A program made the position numbers and the translations under genes. Below are positions 12,298 through 21,699 of a stretch of DNA of 64,000 nt, piece after piece (the first letter of the stretch is position 1; each line of letters starts with the position of its first letter). The DNA comes from an uncultured candidatus Porisulfidus sp. (GTDB lineage Bacteria; Pseudomonadota; Gammaproteobacteria; Poriferisulfidales; Poriferisulfidaceae), in NCBI GenBank assembly GCA_965204575.1, contig OZ241993.1, forward strand, positions 992,001 to 1,056,000. The letters are read 5' to 3'. Under the pieces are notes generated by a model. It did not search any database, had not been told where the DNA came from, and saw nothing but the letters and a program-made list of their open reading frames with translations.

Positions 12298-13557
12298 ATG
12301 CGTCTGGCAGTACATTGGCAAATCCTGATCGCACTTGCTCTGGCCGTTCTGGCCGGACTGGTGCTGGACGCGGACGGAGCGGTAGGCGGGACGGTCGTCC
12401 CCGTGCTCGACTTCGTCGGAAAAATGTTCCTGAATGCGCTGAAAATGATCATCGTGCCGCTGATCGTCGCATCGATCATCATCGGGATCGGCAACCTCGG
12501 GGCCGGCGCGCTGGGCACGCTGGGCGGCAAGACGCTCTTGTACTACCTGACCACCAGCACGCTGGCGATCACCGCGGGGCTGTTCCTGGTCAACCTGATA
12601 CAGCCGGGCTTGACCGGCGACGGAATTCCGGCAAAGGAGGTCTTGGGTCTGCACGAGGACACGGGGCAGATCACCGAAAAGGTAGCCGGGCGCAGTGGCG
12701 CCGACGTGATCGGCGTGTTCCTGCGCATGATTCCCACCAATATCGTGGCAGCCGCGGCAGAAGGGCAGATGCTCGGCCTGATCTTCTTCAGCCTCCTGTT
12801 CGGCTACTTCATGGAGCGCGTGTTCAAGGGCGGACGCGACACCCTGCACACGTTCTGGCAGGGCGTACAGGAAGTGATGATGAAGATCACCAACCTGATC
12901 ATGCTGTTCGCCCCGGTCGGGGTGTTCGCCCTGGTGGGCAAGGTGGTCATCACCTCGGGGCTCGAGGTGTTCATCCCGCTGGCCTCTTTCTTCTTTACCG
13001 TGCTGGCCGCCTTGGCACTGCACATGTTCGTGATCCTGCCGTTGCTGATGCGCACGTTCGGGATTTCGCCAATCAGGCATTTCAAAGCCATGCTGGCCGC
13101 CCTGCTGACCGCGTTCTCCACCAGTTCGTCCTCGGCGACGCTGCCGGTGACGCTGGACTGCGTCCGGAGCCGGGCGGGCGTCTCCAACCGCGTGGGCAGT
13201 TTCGTGCTGCCGCTCGGCGCCACCGTCAACATGGACGGCACCGCCCTGTACGAATGCGTGGCGGTGTTGTTTTTGGCGCAGGCTTACGGTCTTGACCTGA
13301 GCGCCGCGCAACAGGCGATGGTGGTGATATTGGCACTTCTGACCTCGATCGGCGTTGCCGGGATTCCGGCCGCAAGCCTGGTCGCGATCGTGTTGATCCT
13401 GGGCGTGGTGGGCCTGCCCGCGGAGGCGGTCGGCCTGATCTTGGCTGTCGATCGGCTGCTGGACATGTGCCGGACCAGCGTCAACGTATTTGGCGACTCG
13501 AGCGGCGCGGTGGTGATCGCTCGAAGCGAGGGAGAAGAGACGGCGGTTCGGGCCTAA
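12298..13557 (+). CDS. Dicarboxylate/amino acid:cation symporter (GltP-like)
   Basis: [24 protein letters not shown] and [12 protein letters not shown] motifs. Confidence 0.95.
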   Translation: MRLAVHWQILIALALAVLAGLVLDADGAVGGTVVPVLDFVGKMFLNALKMIIVPLIVASIIIGIGNLGAGALGTLGGKTLLYYLTTSTLAITAGLFLVNLIQPGLTGDGIPAKEVLGLHEDTGQITEKVAGRSGADVIGVFLRMIPTNIVAAAAEGQMLGLIFFSLLFGYFMERVFKGGRDTLHTFWQGVQEVMMKITNLIMLFAPVGVFALVGKVVITSGLEVFIPLASFFFTVLAALALHMFVILPLLMRTFGISPIRHFKAMLAALLTAFSTSSSSATLPVTLDCVRSRAGVSNRVGSFVLPLGATVNMDGTALYECVAVLFLAQAYGLDLSAAQQAMVVILALLTSIGVAGIPAASLVAIVLILGVVGLPAEAVGLILAVDRLLDMCRTSVNVFGDSSGAVVIARSEGEETAVRA

Positions 13558-13576
13558 GCTGGCGACTCGAGAGAAT

Positions 13577-13882
13577 CTATCTGCCTCGCTCGTAGAGTTC
13601 TTCCCGAGTCCATCCCCGCTCGTCGGCGCACGGCCTGCGTCTCTTTGTCTCATGTCTTCGCTGCGGGTCGTAGGAATGCTGCTTGCGGATTCGCCCGTCA
13701 CGGCCGTGGATGTAGAGGTTAGTTCCTCGCATTTTTGCCTTCTCTCTCGCGCTGTCGATGGCTTCCTGCTGGGTGGCGAACGTGCGGCTTGCGCGTTTGG
13801 CGCCGGAGTTGAGTACGCTCCATCTGCCTTTATGTGGGATAACGTGCAGATATGGGCTTGGTGTTGCTTTGGGTGGCGTCAT
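13577..13882 (-). CDS. DUF2188 domain protein with an extra C-terminal tail
   Basis: HVIP.KGRWSV..GAKRAS..F.TQQEAI..ARE.A..LYIHGRDGRIR..SY pattern. Confidence 0.85.
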   Translation of the reverse strand: MTPPKATPSPYLHVIPHKGRWSVLNSGAKRASRTFATQQEAIDSAREKAKMRGTNLYIHGRDGRIRKQHSYDPQRRHETKRRRPCADERGWTREELYERGR

Positions 13883-14008
13883 TTTGTTGTTGGGGATACG
13901 GTGGGGTTGAAAAAAGCGAAAAAATCCCATATTGTCTAGTTGCGCCTTGCCAATGATACAATCAATTTACTCTGCCAATCCCCTAAGGGTAGCTTGGAGA
14001 CCCTTAAA

Positions 14009-14656
14009 ATGCCAGCTTTTCATATAACTACGATAATGTTTGTCGGGTCGAGTTTCCATGCGGGAATGTTTGACGAACGAGCATTGTGTCCCTTTTTGGG
14101 AGAGATAGAGGTGATGGATACCGAGCGTAAGGAAGAAAGTGGGCAGTATAAGTACTCACGTGGCAATTACCAATTTTCAGTTTCTCCAGAGCGGCTTACT
14201 TTAACTGGTCCCAAAATTTTCCCGAAAGAAGTTGCTGAGGCGACCCGGGCAATCATTGCGCGCTTGGCCCAATATAGTCCACTGCCCATTGTGACTGCCG
14301 TTGGGTTGAATTGCGACTCAATATTTGAACAGGAAGAATTGGGTCTTTCCGGGATAGATTTTTGTGCGATGCTTAACAATAAGGCAGATATAGAGAATCT
14401 GTTGGGGGGGGTAATCCCTTTGGGTGAGAGCATGACGAGCACGAACTTTTATTTTGCGGAGGACTCGGTTCAATATAGTTTTCGTATCGAACCACATTTT
14501 GGGACACAAGGAAAGAACCTGTTTTTCTCGATGGGCGCCCATCAGGACATGTCGAGAAAGCAGGAGATAATCGAATGTATGGACGCGTATGACAGAATCC
14601 GGACGTATACAGAGAAACTTCATGAGTGTCTGATTCGGAGGGAGGGTTCATCGTGA
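14009..14656 (+). CDS. Hypothetical protein, possibly TIGR04255-like; gene 1 of a coupled triplet
   Basis: GGAG RBS at about 13996, ATG at 14009; beta-rich with a central PIVTAVGLN segment. Family assignment is a recalled resemblance. Confidence 0.65.
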   Translation: MPAFHITTIMFVGSSFHAGMFDERALCPFLGEIEVMDTERKEESGQYKYSRGNYQFSVSPERLTLTGPKIFPKEVAEATRAIIARLAQYSPLPIVTAVGLNCDSIFEQEELGLSGIDFCAMLNNKADIENLLGGVIPLGESMTSTNFYFAEDSVQYSFRIEPHFGTQGKNLFFSMGAHQDMSRKQEIIECMDAYDRIRTYTEKLHECLIRREGSS

Positions 14657-15261
14657 ATGCTACATGCCAGACTTCACACGACCAGATGCATGGAGATGGC
14701 AGGTTCTACCCAAATGTGCAACCCCTTCCCAGAGGGTTAGAAAACTCTCCAGCACAACTTATTGTCCCATTTCCTCTTCGCCGCAGGGTATCAACGAAAC
14801 CAAGCAAAGGGACAACAAAATTCTCTTGGGCACGTGCTCAGGATTTTATGAACCAATTGCTGGGTTGTATAGATGTAGATGATCTCTCTCGCGGTTCTCT
14901 GAAGAATAGAATCCTTGAATTACAAGAGATGGCATCGGATAAAAATTGGGACGGGGAAGGCGCAGCCCCGCTGGATCAGGTAACAGTGAGTCATGCAACG
15001 CAGTTTGTAGATTGCTTGCCTGTCGGGCTTCCACGCCCAGATGTTGATGTGTCTCCACATGGCACGATTGATCTTGAGTGGGTGCTCTCTCGCCAGGCAA
15101 TGCTGTCCGTCAGCATATGCCCAGATAATACAATTGCTTTTGCTGCTCGATTTCCGGGAGAAAGGATACGGAGTTCTACCGATTGGTCGAAGGCAATACC
15201 CGATAGTCTGATGGTTGCAATCAAAAGATTGCAACAGGAATGCGATATGGTTTGCTTCTGA
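14653..15261 (+). CDS. Hypothetical protein with NWDGEGAAP..SPHGTIDLEW domain; gene 2 of the triplet
   Basis: GGAGGG RBS, GTG overlapping the previous stop (GTGA); globular C-terminal domain after a low-structure N-terminal arm. Confidence 0.7.
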   Translation: MNATCQTSHDQMHGDGRFYPNVQPLPRGLENSPAQLIVPFPLRRRVSTKPSKGTTKFSWARAQDFMNQLLGCIDVDDLSRGSLKNRILELQEMASDKNWDGEGAAPLDQVTVSHATQFVDCLPVGLPRPDVDVSPHGTIDLEWVLSRQAMLSVSICPDNTIAFAARFPGERIRSSTDWSKAIPDSLMVAIKRLQQECDMVCF

Positions 15262-15647
15262 TGGAAATTCCAGCAACCCCTCTTACGCGTTTTGCCGTAG
15301 AGGGAGGCAAGCTTAATAACAGTGTGGTCAAACCAAAATTGTTCGAGCCAAACAGGCAGGGAAATCTTTCAGTATTCCGAACAGGCGGTCTGCAACAGAA
15401 CGAAGTTAAGGAAATCGGATTACAAGTGGTGGAAGATAACCCGAATGCCTCCCGTTTGCATGGGTGGGCGACGATAGAGAGAGATGATGTGGAGAGTACA
15501 GGCCTCAGTGTTGTTGATGATGATGATCCTCCTAGACATTCCAATGTGGTGGGTTGGCCTGAAGAAAGAGAAAGGGTCTTGGAGTTGAAACAAGCTTTGG
15601 CAAGCAAGGCAGAGCCCCATCTTCTTGATGTCCCGGTGGAAGTCTGA
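15261..15647 (+). CDS. Hypothetical protein, possible ADP-ribosyltransferase-like toxin; gene 3 of the triplet
   Basis: TGATG overlap; 128 aa with LTRF / LSVFR / PPRHSNVVGWP motifs. Fold is inferred. Confidence 0.65.
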   Translation: MEIPATPLTRFAVEGGKLNNSVVKPKLFEPNRQGNLSVFRTGGLQQNEVKEIGLQVVEDNPNASRLHGWATIERDDVESTGLSVVDDDDPPRHSNVVGWPEERERVLELKQALASKAEPHLLDVPVEV

Positions 15648-15912
15648 CGGAAGAAACTGTTTTTTCGTGTGTGTGAGGAACTTTCTAACTCTTTTTGAGT
15701 GAGTAACCACCTCTAATCGGAATTTCAGAGGGGTGAATCAGCCTGAAACACCTAAGCGATGGGCGTTTCCGTGTTTCATAAGCACCTAAAGCGAGCATTT
15801 TATTTTTATGTAATTTGAGGTCGGATCTCACGGAAAACCCTTATACATCAGGCTAAATCGAAGATTTAGGCAGATAAAGTTCCGATTAGCGTTCAGGCGA
15901 ATCAGGTATACT

Positions 15913-15929
15913 TGCTTGCATTGCAAACA
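15913..15929. promoter_or_regulatory. Putative FitA-type autoregulatory operator
   Basis: Dyad TGCTTGCA-T-TGCAAACA next to a TATACT hexamer, about 40 bp upstream of the antitoxin. Confidence 0.5.
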
Positions 15930-15969
15930 CTATTGCACAACATGTCCGTACCAGGGAGAGGCACAGCCA

Positions 15970-16212
15970 ATGGCGAGCATCACAATCCGCAATCTCGCCG
16001 ACGACGTGAAGACGTGTTTGCGCGTACAGGTTGCGGAGCACCATCGTTCCATGGAAGAGGAAGTTCGCCTGATTCTCCAAGAGGCGGTCGACCGCAAGCT
16101 GAGTTCCCGGGGCCCCACGGAGATCACACGCTCAATTTTCGGGCCGGATAATGGGGTAGATTTGGAATTACCGCCGCGCGGCCCGGTGCGCGAACCCCCG
16201 ACTTTCGATTGA
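15970..16212 (+). CDS. FitA/StbC-like ribbon-helix-helix antitoxin
   Basis: MASITIRNL.DDVK..LRV..AEH.RSMEEEVRLIL; C-terminal GVDLELPPR. Confidence 0.9.
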   Translation: MASITIRNLADDVKTCLRVQVAEHHRSMEEEVRLILQEAVDRKLSSRGPTEITRSIFGPDNGVDLELPPRGPVREPPTFD

Positions 16213-16222
16213 GCTTGTAGTT

Positions 16223-16510
16223 ATGTTCGTGCTGCTCGACACGAACGTCGTATCCGAACTCATCCGCAAGTCACCGAATCCTGCTGTAGAAGCGTGGGCC
16301 GCCAGTTACGCTCTTGAAGACCTGCTCTTCTCGACCATCGGCGAAACGGAGATCACTGCTGCGCGCCGATTTGCTGGCCGTCCCATCGAGTCGACTGACG
16401 GCTATATCGCTGCAATCGCCTATTTGCGCAACATGCCAGTAGCCACACGTAATGTCCGCGATTTCGATAATCTCAACATAGAAATCGTCGATCCTTGGTC
16501 GGGCAGGTGA
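16223..16510 (+). pseudogene. vapC: VapC/FitB PIN toxin with an in-frame internal deletion (95 aa)
   Basis: LLDTNVVSEL start and IAAIA..VATRNVRDF..DPW end are intact, but GETE runs directly into ITAARR; about 40-45 aa shorter than a normal PIN domain. Confidence 0.75.
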
Positions 16511-18651
16511 ATAACAAAACCGAGGCCTTTGCACGGGCCAAGATCGACGCGCTGCTCGAGAGTGCGCATTGGGATCTAATAGATGGATCAAGTGTGCTGT
16601 TCGAGCATGTGCTACCGGACGGTACGCGAGCTGATTACGTGCTCTGCGACCGACAGGGTCGCCCCATGGCGGTGCTGGAGGCCAAGCGGGCAAGCATCAA
16701 TCCTATTGCTGCACAGGATCAAGGGCGACACTACGCCGAACAGCTTGGCGTGCTGTTTGTCTTTTTATCGAATGGCGAGGAAGTGCGATTCCTAGATCGG
16801 GATTTGGACGCTCACGCACGCAAGATATCGGGTTTCTATACTCAGGGCGATTTGGAGCGGCGAGTCGCTACCCGACGCATCCGTCGTGACCTTTTGGCCA
16901 TTGCTATAGATCGGAAGATTGTCGACCGTGATTACCAGATCGAGTGTATTGAAGTGTTGTCCACCGAGATCTTGCGTGGACGACGGAAGCTCTTGGTTGA
17001 GATGGCTACCGGGACCGGTAAGACGCGCACGGCGGCGGCGTTGATCAAACGGTTGTTCGAGGCGGGAACCGTTACCCGTGTGCTGTTTCTGGTCGACCGG
17101 ATCGAACTGGCCCGGCAGGCAGAGGATGCATTCACCGACCATCTTCGGGACTACCCTTGCCATGTACTCAGACCTGGTCGTGGTTTCGATCGCACCAAGC
17201 GCATCATCATCGCGACTTTACAGACCATGATCAAGGAATACAGCGACCTCTCGGCGGGCTACTTCGATCTTGTGATTACCGACGAGTGCCACCGCTCGAT
17301 CTATGGCACATATAGTCACGTTCTGCAACACTTCGACAGCATTCAGCTTGGCTTGACCGCAACGCCCTTGATGGCGAATGCCGATGCATTCTCTGATCGG
17401 GAAGATGGACAGTTCGTGCGCGATACATTGCGATTCTTCGGACTTTCCGAACCCACTTTCCGATACACCCTGCACCGGGCCATCGAAGAGGACCATCTCG
17501 TACCCTATCGAATTTACCGGGCCATGACGATCAAGACAGCCGCCGAGGACGGCTTTCCTGTCCGCCGAGATGAACTTGACTGGAACGCGATGGATAAGGA
17601 AACGCAGGAGGAGTTCAAAGAACTCTTCGGTTCTTCAGATACTATCATGGTGGACCCCCGCGCCTTGGAACGCAAGTTTACGATCCCCGAGCGCAACCGC
17701 GCCATGGTGCGGGAGTTTCGCGATGCACACGAGAAGGGCTTCATGGGTCGGGATGGTGTCCGGCGCTGGCCAAAATGGGGCAAGACCATCGTGTTCGCAG
17801 TGACTCGGCGCCATGCGGAGACGCTGGCCCAAATGTTTGATGAGCATTTCGCGGATCGGAAACCGCACCCCACCGTGCGTTATGCTGATTTTGTGGTGAG
17901 TGATGTCGGTGGTGGCCCTACGGCTGATGCGAGTACCACGATCAAACGCTTCAAGGAGGAGACCTATCCGCAGATACTTGTCAGCGTGAACATGCTGGAC
18001 ACCGGGTTTGACTGCCCGGAAGTCGTCAACCTCGTCATGGCGCGGTTCACGTGGAGTGCCATCCTCTATCGGCAGATGCGCGGGCGGGGGACGCGCAAGG
18101 CACCACACGTTGAGAAGGAATACTTCACGATTTTTGATTTTGTTGGCGTGACCGATTTTCATGGCGACGACGAGGGAGACATTGATGGCGGCTCAATCCG
18201 GTCGGGTGGTGCCCCTCGAGACTCTGACGGTCCTCGAATGCTGCTGACTCTTGATGTGGACGATCATATTGACCCGGCAAGCCGTGACTGGTTGATGCTC
18301 GACGAGAACGGTCGTATCGTGCGTACACCGGAGCACGAGGAGCGAGCTGGGGAAATTGGCGTAAAGTTCGAGGCATGGCGTGGAAAACACGAGGACTTCG
18401 ATGCAGCCCAGAGACGTTGGGCCAACTTGATCGGAAACCGCGTGAGGGCCGATGCCATGGACATGAACGCCTTTGGCGAATGGAATTTCGATGAACATCC
18501 CTTCGCTGCTCTCGGAGGCTACGATGAGGCTCGCCGTGTATTTGGTGGCAAAGAATCGCTTGACCGGATGATCACAGGGCTCAACGCCGCGGTGTTCGGT
18601 CAAGGAGAAGCCGATGGGGAGCCTGAGGACACCCACGGCGGGGAGCGCTGA
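16507..18651 (+). CDS. hsdR: Type I restriction enzyme R subunit
   Basis: RADYVL..VLEAKR nuclease motif, MATGTGKT, DECHRS, MLDTGFD, QMRGRGTR; GTG overlaps the vapC stop. Confidence 0.9.
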   Translation: MNNKTEAFARAKIDALLESAHWDLIDGSSVLFEHVLPDGTRADYVLCDRQGRPMAVLEAKRASINPIAAQDQGRHYAEQLGVLFVFLSNGEEVRFLDRDLDAHARKISGFYTQGDLERRVATRRIRRDLLAIAIDRKIVDRDYQIECIEVLSTEILRGRRKLLVEMATGTGKTRTAAALIKRLFEAGTVTRVLFLVDRIELARQAEDAFTDHLRDYPCHVLRPGRGFDRTKRIIIATLQTMIKEYSDLSAGYFDLVITDECHRSIYGTYSHVLQHFDSIQLGLTATPLMANADAFSDREDGQFVRDTLRFFGLSEPTFRYTLHRAIEEDHLVPYRIYRAMTIKTAAEDGFPVRRDELDWNAMDKETQEEFKELFGSSDTIMVDPRALERKFTIPERNRAMVREFRDAHEKGFMGRDGVRRWPKWGKTIVFAVTRRHAETLAQMFDEHFADRKPHPTVRYADFVVSDVGGGPTADASTTIKRFKEETYPQILVSVNMLDTGFDCPEVVNLVMARFTWSAILYRQMRGRGTRKAPHVEKEYFTIFDFVGVTDFHGDDEGDIDGGSIRSGGAPRDSDGPRMLLTLDVDDHIDPASRDWLMLDENGRIVRTPEHEERAGEIGVKFEAWRGKHEDFDAAQRRWANLIGNRVRADAMDMNAFGEWNFDEHPFAALGGYDEARRVFGGKESLDRMITGLNAAVFGQGEADGEPEDTHGGER

Positions 18652-18654
18652 CAC

Positions 18655-20286
18655 ATGCCGATGACCCCTGAACTTCGATGCGGCATCGACCGTATTCGCG
18701 ATTACCTATTCGGCGGTGGCTACCCAAACCCGGCCCAGAACGCCGAACAACTTAGTTTTCTGATCTATTTCTATATGTACGAGGCGGCAGACCAAGCGCG
18801 AGTACGTGCGGCGAAACGGCCGGGTGCCGCTTCCTACGCCAGTGTTTTCGATGGCGAATGGGCTCTGCGCAACCCACTCAACGCCAGCGAGCCGGGAATA
18901 GAGACTGTGCCGTGCGAACGGCTTCGGTGGTCATCTTGGGCTCATGCGCTCAACGGCGAGCAGTTAGTGAATTGGGTGCGCGAAGAGGTCTTCCCGTTCC
19001 ATGCCGATATTGCGTCGAATGGTGCAACGGATTTCATGGATGGCGCCCGACTGGTTATCGACGAGCCAACAGTGCTCACGCAGGTTGTGAGCCAATTGAG
19101 CGATCTTCATCTGGAACGAGTGGATGCGGATACCAAGGGCGACCTGTTCGAGCATGTACTACGCCAGATCCGACAGGCGGGCGAGCTTGGCCAGTTCCGG
19201 ACGCCACGCCATGTCATCCGTACCTTGGTGCGTCTCGTCGATCCCCGAATTGGTGAGACGATCCACGATCCAGCTGCAGGGACAGCAGGTTTTCTCGCCG
19301 CTGCTTGGGACCACATCCGACTCGCCAATTCCTCCCCCGATGGGATTGAGGAGGTTGAGGCCGATGGCAAGACAATCCGGCGTGGCCTTGGGGACATGTT
19401 GAGCCGCGATGCGGTGAGGCAATTGCACGAGGCGACCTTTTATGGCACCGATGTCGACCCACAGATGGTTCGGCTTGCCACCATGAACTTAACTCTGCGG
19501 GGGTTAGATCGAGTACGCATCCTACGGCGCGATGCGCTGACCCGTTCTCTTGACCGGTCAGTAAAGGCGGAACTCGGTTTCCCGGTGGAGGGGTTTGACG
19601 TTATCCTCGCCAATCCACCGTTTTCCGGGCGGCTGGACAAGGATCGCATCGTTGAGGATGTGAAGGTCGGTCGCACGACCCAGACCGAACTTCTGTTCCT
19701 GCAATACATGCTGAACCACCTGAAGGATGGTGGGCGCTGCGGCGTGGTGGTTCCAGAGGGAGTGTTGTTCGGTTCTACTGGGGCGCACAAGGAACTCCGC
19801 CGCCGTTTGGTTGAGAACAATACGGTCGAGGCGGTACTGTCGCTACCTAGTGGCGTGTTCAATCCTTATTCTGGCGTCAAGACTTCAGTGCTCGTGTTTC
19901 GCAAGGGCGGCTCGACAGAGCGTGTGATGTTTTTGCATGCCGACGACGATGGATTCAAACTCGATGCCAACCACGACCAACCGATTGAGGATGACGATCT
20001 TCCCGATCTGGCGAAGGCATTCCACGATCGGGAGACAAAATTCACGGAATGGTGCGATAGGGACCCCGACGCGGACTGGATGGAAAAATGGTGGTTTGCT
20101 GAGGCCGATGCCATTCGTTCCGCCGATTTCAATCTGAGCGCCAACCGGTATCGACCGCAGAACCGGGCAAAAGTAGAGCATCGTGATCCATTGGAGATTC
20201 TGGAGGAGTTGCGCGGTATCGAGACAGAGACTCTGGAGGAGGTCGACGCGTTGGCTGAGGCTGTGCGGGGAGTAGTTGCGGAATGA
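18655..20286 (+). CDS. hsdM: Type I R-M N6-adenine methyltransferase
   Basis: GQFRTPRHV, DPAAGTAGFL, ANPPF, VVPEGVLF. Confidence 0.95.
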   Translation: MPMTPELRCGIDRIRDYLFGGGYPNPAQNAEQLSFLIYFYMYEAADQARVRAAKRPGAASYASVFDGEWALRNPLNASEPGIETVPCERLRWSSWAHALNGEQLVNWVREEVFPFHADIASNGATDFMDGARLVIDEPTVLTQVVSQLSDLHLERVDADTKGDLFEHVLRQIRQAGELGQFRTPRHVIRTLVRLVDPRIGETIHDPAAGTAGFLAAAWDHIRLANSSPDGIEEVEADGKTIRRGLGDMLSRDAVRQLHEATFYGTDVDPQMVRLATMNLTLRGLDRVRILRRDALTRSLDRSVKAELGFPVEGFDVILANPPFSGRLDKDRIVEDVKVGRTTQTELLFLQYMLNHLKDGGRCGVVVPEGVLFGSTGAHKELRRRLVENNTVEAVLSLPSGVFNPYSGVKTSVLVFRKGGSTERVMFLHADDDGFKLDANHDQPIEDDDLPDLAKAFHDRETKFTEWCDRDPDADWMEKWWFAEADAIRSADFNLSANRYRPQNRAKVEHRDPLEILEELRGIETETLEEVDALAEAVRGVVAE

Positions 20287-21434
20287 GTGCATTCGCGCAG
20301 GTGCCTCTAGACGAAATCTGCACTGTTGTTGGAGGTGGGACCCCCCGACGGAGTAATACTGCCTACTTCGACGGTACTATACCGTGGGCTACACCGACGG
20401 ACGTGACTGCACTCGACTCACTATTCATTGAGAGAACAAAGGAAACTATTACAGAAGGTGGCCTGAAAGGAAGTAGCGCACGTTTGCTACCTCCTGGAAC
20501 TGTCTTGATGACAAGTAGAGCCACTATCGGCTACACCGCGATTACAACTCGACCCATGGCGACTAACCAAGGCTTTGCTAATTTGATCTGTGGTGAGCGT
20601 ATTGTGCCTGAGTTTCTCGCATACTGGCTCCGCGACCAGCGTGAGGATCTGATGCAACTTGCTGGGGGCACCACGTTTAGAGAAATCCCGAAATCTACTC
20701 TGAAGAAAATTTGCATTCCCCTCCCACCGCTTGACGGGCAGCGACGGATTGTCAATATTCTGAATCAGGTGGCGAAGATTGAGTTGCTGAAGAAGCAGGC
20801 GCAGGAACGGTTGCGGGAACTCATCCCCGCGCTGTTTGTCAAGATGTTCGGCGATCCGGTCACAAACCCGATGGAGTGGGAGATTAGAGCGCTTGGCGAT
20901 CTTTGTGATTTGGATCGTCAAGGGCTTCAGCCGGGCAATCCTGTTGAAACCCGACTTCCTTTTGTCGGTGTTGAGAACGTGGAATCGGTCACCGGTACTT
21001 TAAACTTCGAAACCGATTCACGTGTCGGCTCTCAAAAAAGCACAGTTTTCCTTTTTGATAAACGCCATATTCTTTATGGAAAGCTCCGACCATACCTGAA
21101 CAAAGTCGCAACTCCTGATTTTTCCGGCAGGTGTTCAACTGAGCTTGTTCCGTTGCTGCCCCGGGATGGAGTAGATCGGGATTTTGTTGCGCAACTGCTT
21201 AGGCGAGAGGAAACTGTTGCCTACGCTATGGCTTCTGCAACTGGTGCGCGGATGCCTAGGACCGATATGAAGGCACTGATGTCGATGCCAGTTCCAGTGC
21301 CGCCGTTCCATCTACAGCGACGATTTACACAAATTGTCAAGTCCGCACATTCCGCGTCCGTGCTCGAAATATCCGCCTCCTGCATCGCTGATGGTTTGAT
21401 GAAATCACTCATGTTTCACTTTCTGGAAGTTTGA
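20283..21434 (+). CDS. hsdS: Type I R-M specificity subunit
   Basis: Two TRDs separated by IPLPPL..Q.RIV..L and FVKMFGDP; second PVPP..LQ..F repeat. Confidence 0.93.
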   Translation: MSAFAQVPLDEICTVVGGGTPRRSNTAYFDGTIPWATPTDVTALDSLFIERTKETITEGGLKGSSARLLPPGTVLMTSRATIGYTAITTRPMATNQGFANLICGERIVPEFLAYWLRDQREDLMQLAGGTTFREIPKSTLKKICIPLPPLDGQRRIVNILNQVAKIELLKKQAQERLRELIPALFVKMFGDPVTNPMEWEIRALGDLCDLDRQGLQPGNPVETRLPFVGVENVESVTGTLNFETDSRVGSQKSTVFLFDKRHILYGKLRPYLNKVATPDFSGRCSTELVPLLPRDGVDRDFVAQLLRREETVAYAMASATGARMPRTDMKALMSMPVPVPPFHLQRRFTQIVKSAHSASVLEISASCIADGLMKSLMFHFLEV

Positions 21435-21699
21435 TAATGGGAGTCTTCTAGCGGGCAAGACTCTAAACGCTTGTTACGCATTAAATGTCGGATATAGACG
21501 CTTTAGTTCGATTTAGGCATTCCCGGTCGTAAACTGCATTCCCCTTTTGTAAGGGATGGGTCTCCGCAAACGATTTTGCCAGGACTTTTCCGTTTCGCTT
21601 TATCCAAGGTCACCTGATAGCGCTTCATCTACACATTTGTCCGTGCAAATAACGCAACCAGAATATCAGTTGTACGGACTCAAAGTAGATAACATGACG

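Larger units (their letters stand above)
13558..21699. mobile_element. Lower-GC defence island between the symporter and fabI; no integrase seen
   Basis: Abrupt drop in GC and change of codon usage; holds TA genes, hypotheticals and type I R-M. Boundaries approximate. Confidence 0.7.

Noticed and set aside
21432-21480. attC-like hairpin after hsdS ending in GTTACGC
   Set aside because: No matching RYYYAAC R'' box, the end does not fit GTTRRRY, and there is no integron integrase or second site.
15853-21516. 10-bp inverted repeat CTAAATCGAA / TTCGATTTAG flanking fitA-hsdS
   Set aside because: Too short to exceed chance in AT-rich spacers; no target-site duplication or transposase.
21500-21630. 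Short minus-strand ORF MKRYQVTLDKAKRK.. resembling an IS630 transposase start
   Set aside because: Similarity limited to about 10 residues; cannot be supported without a search.
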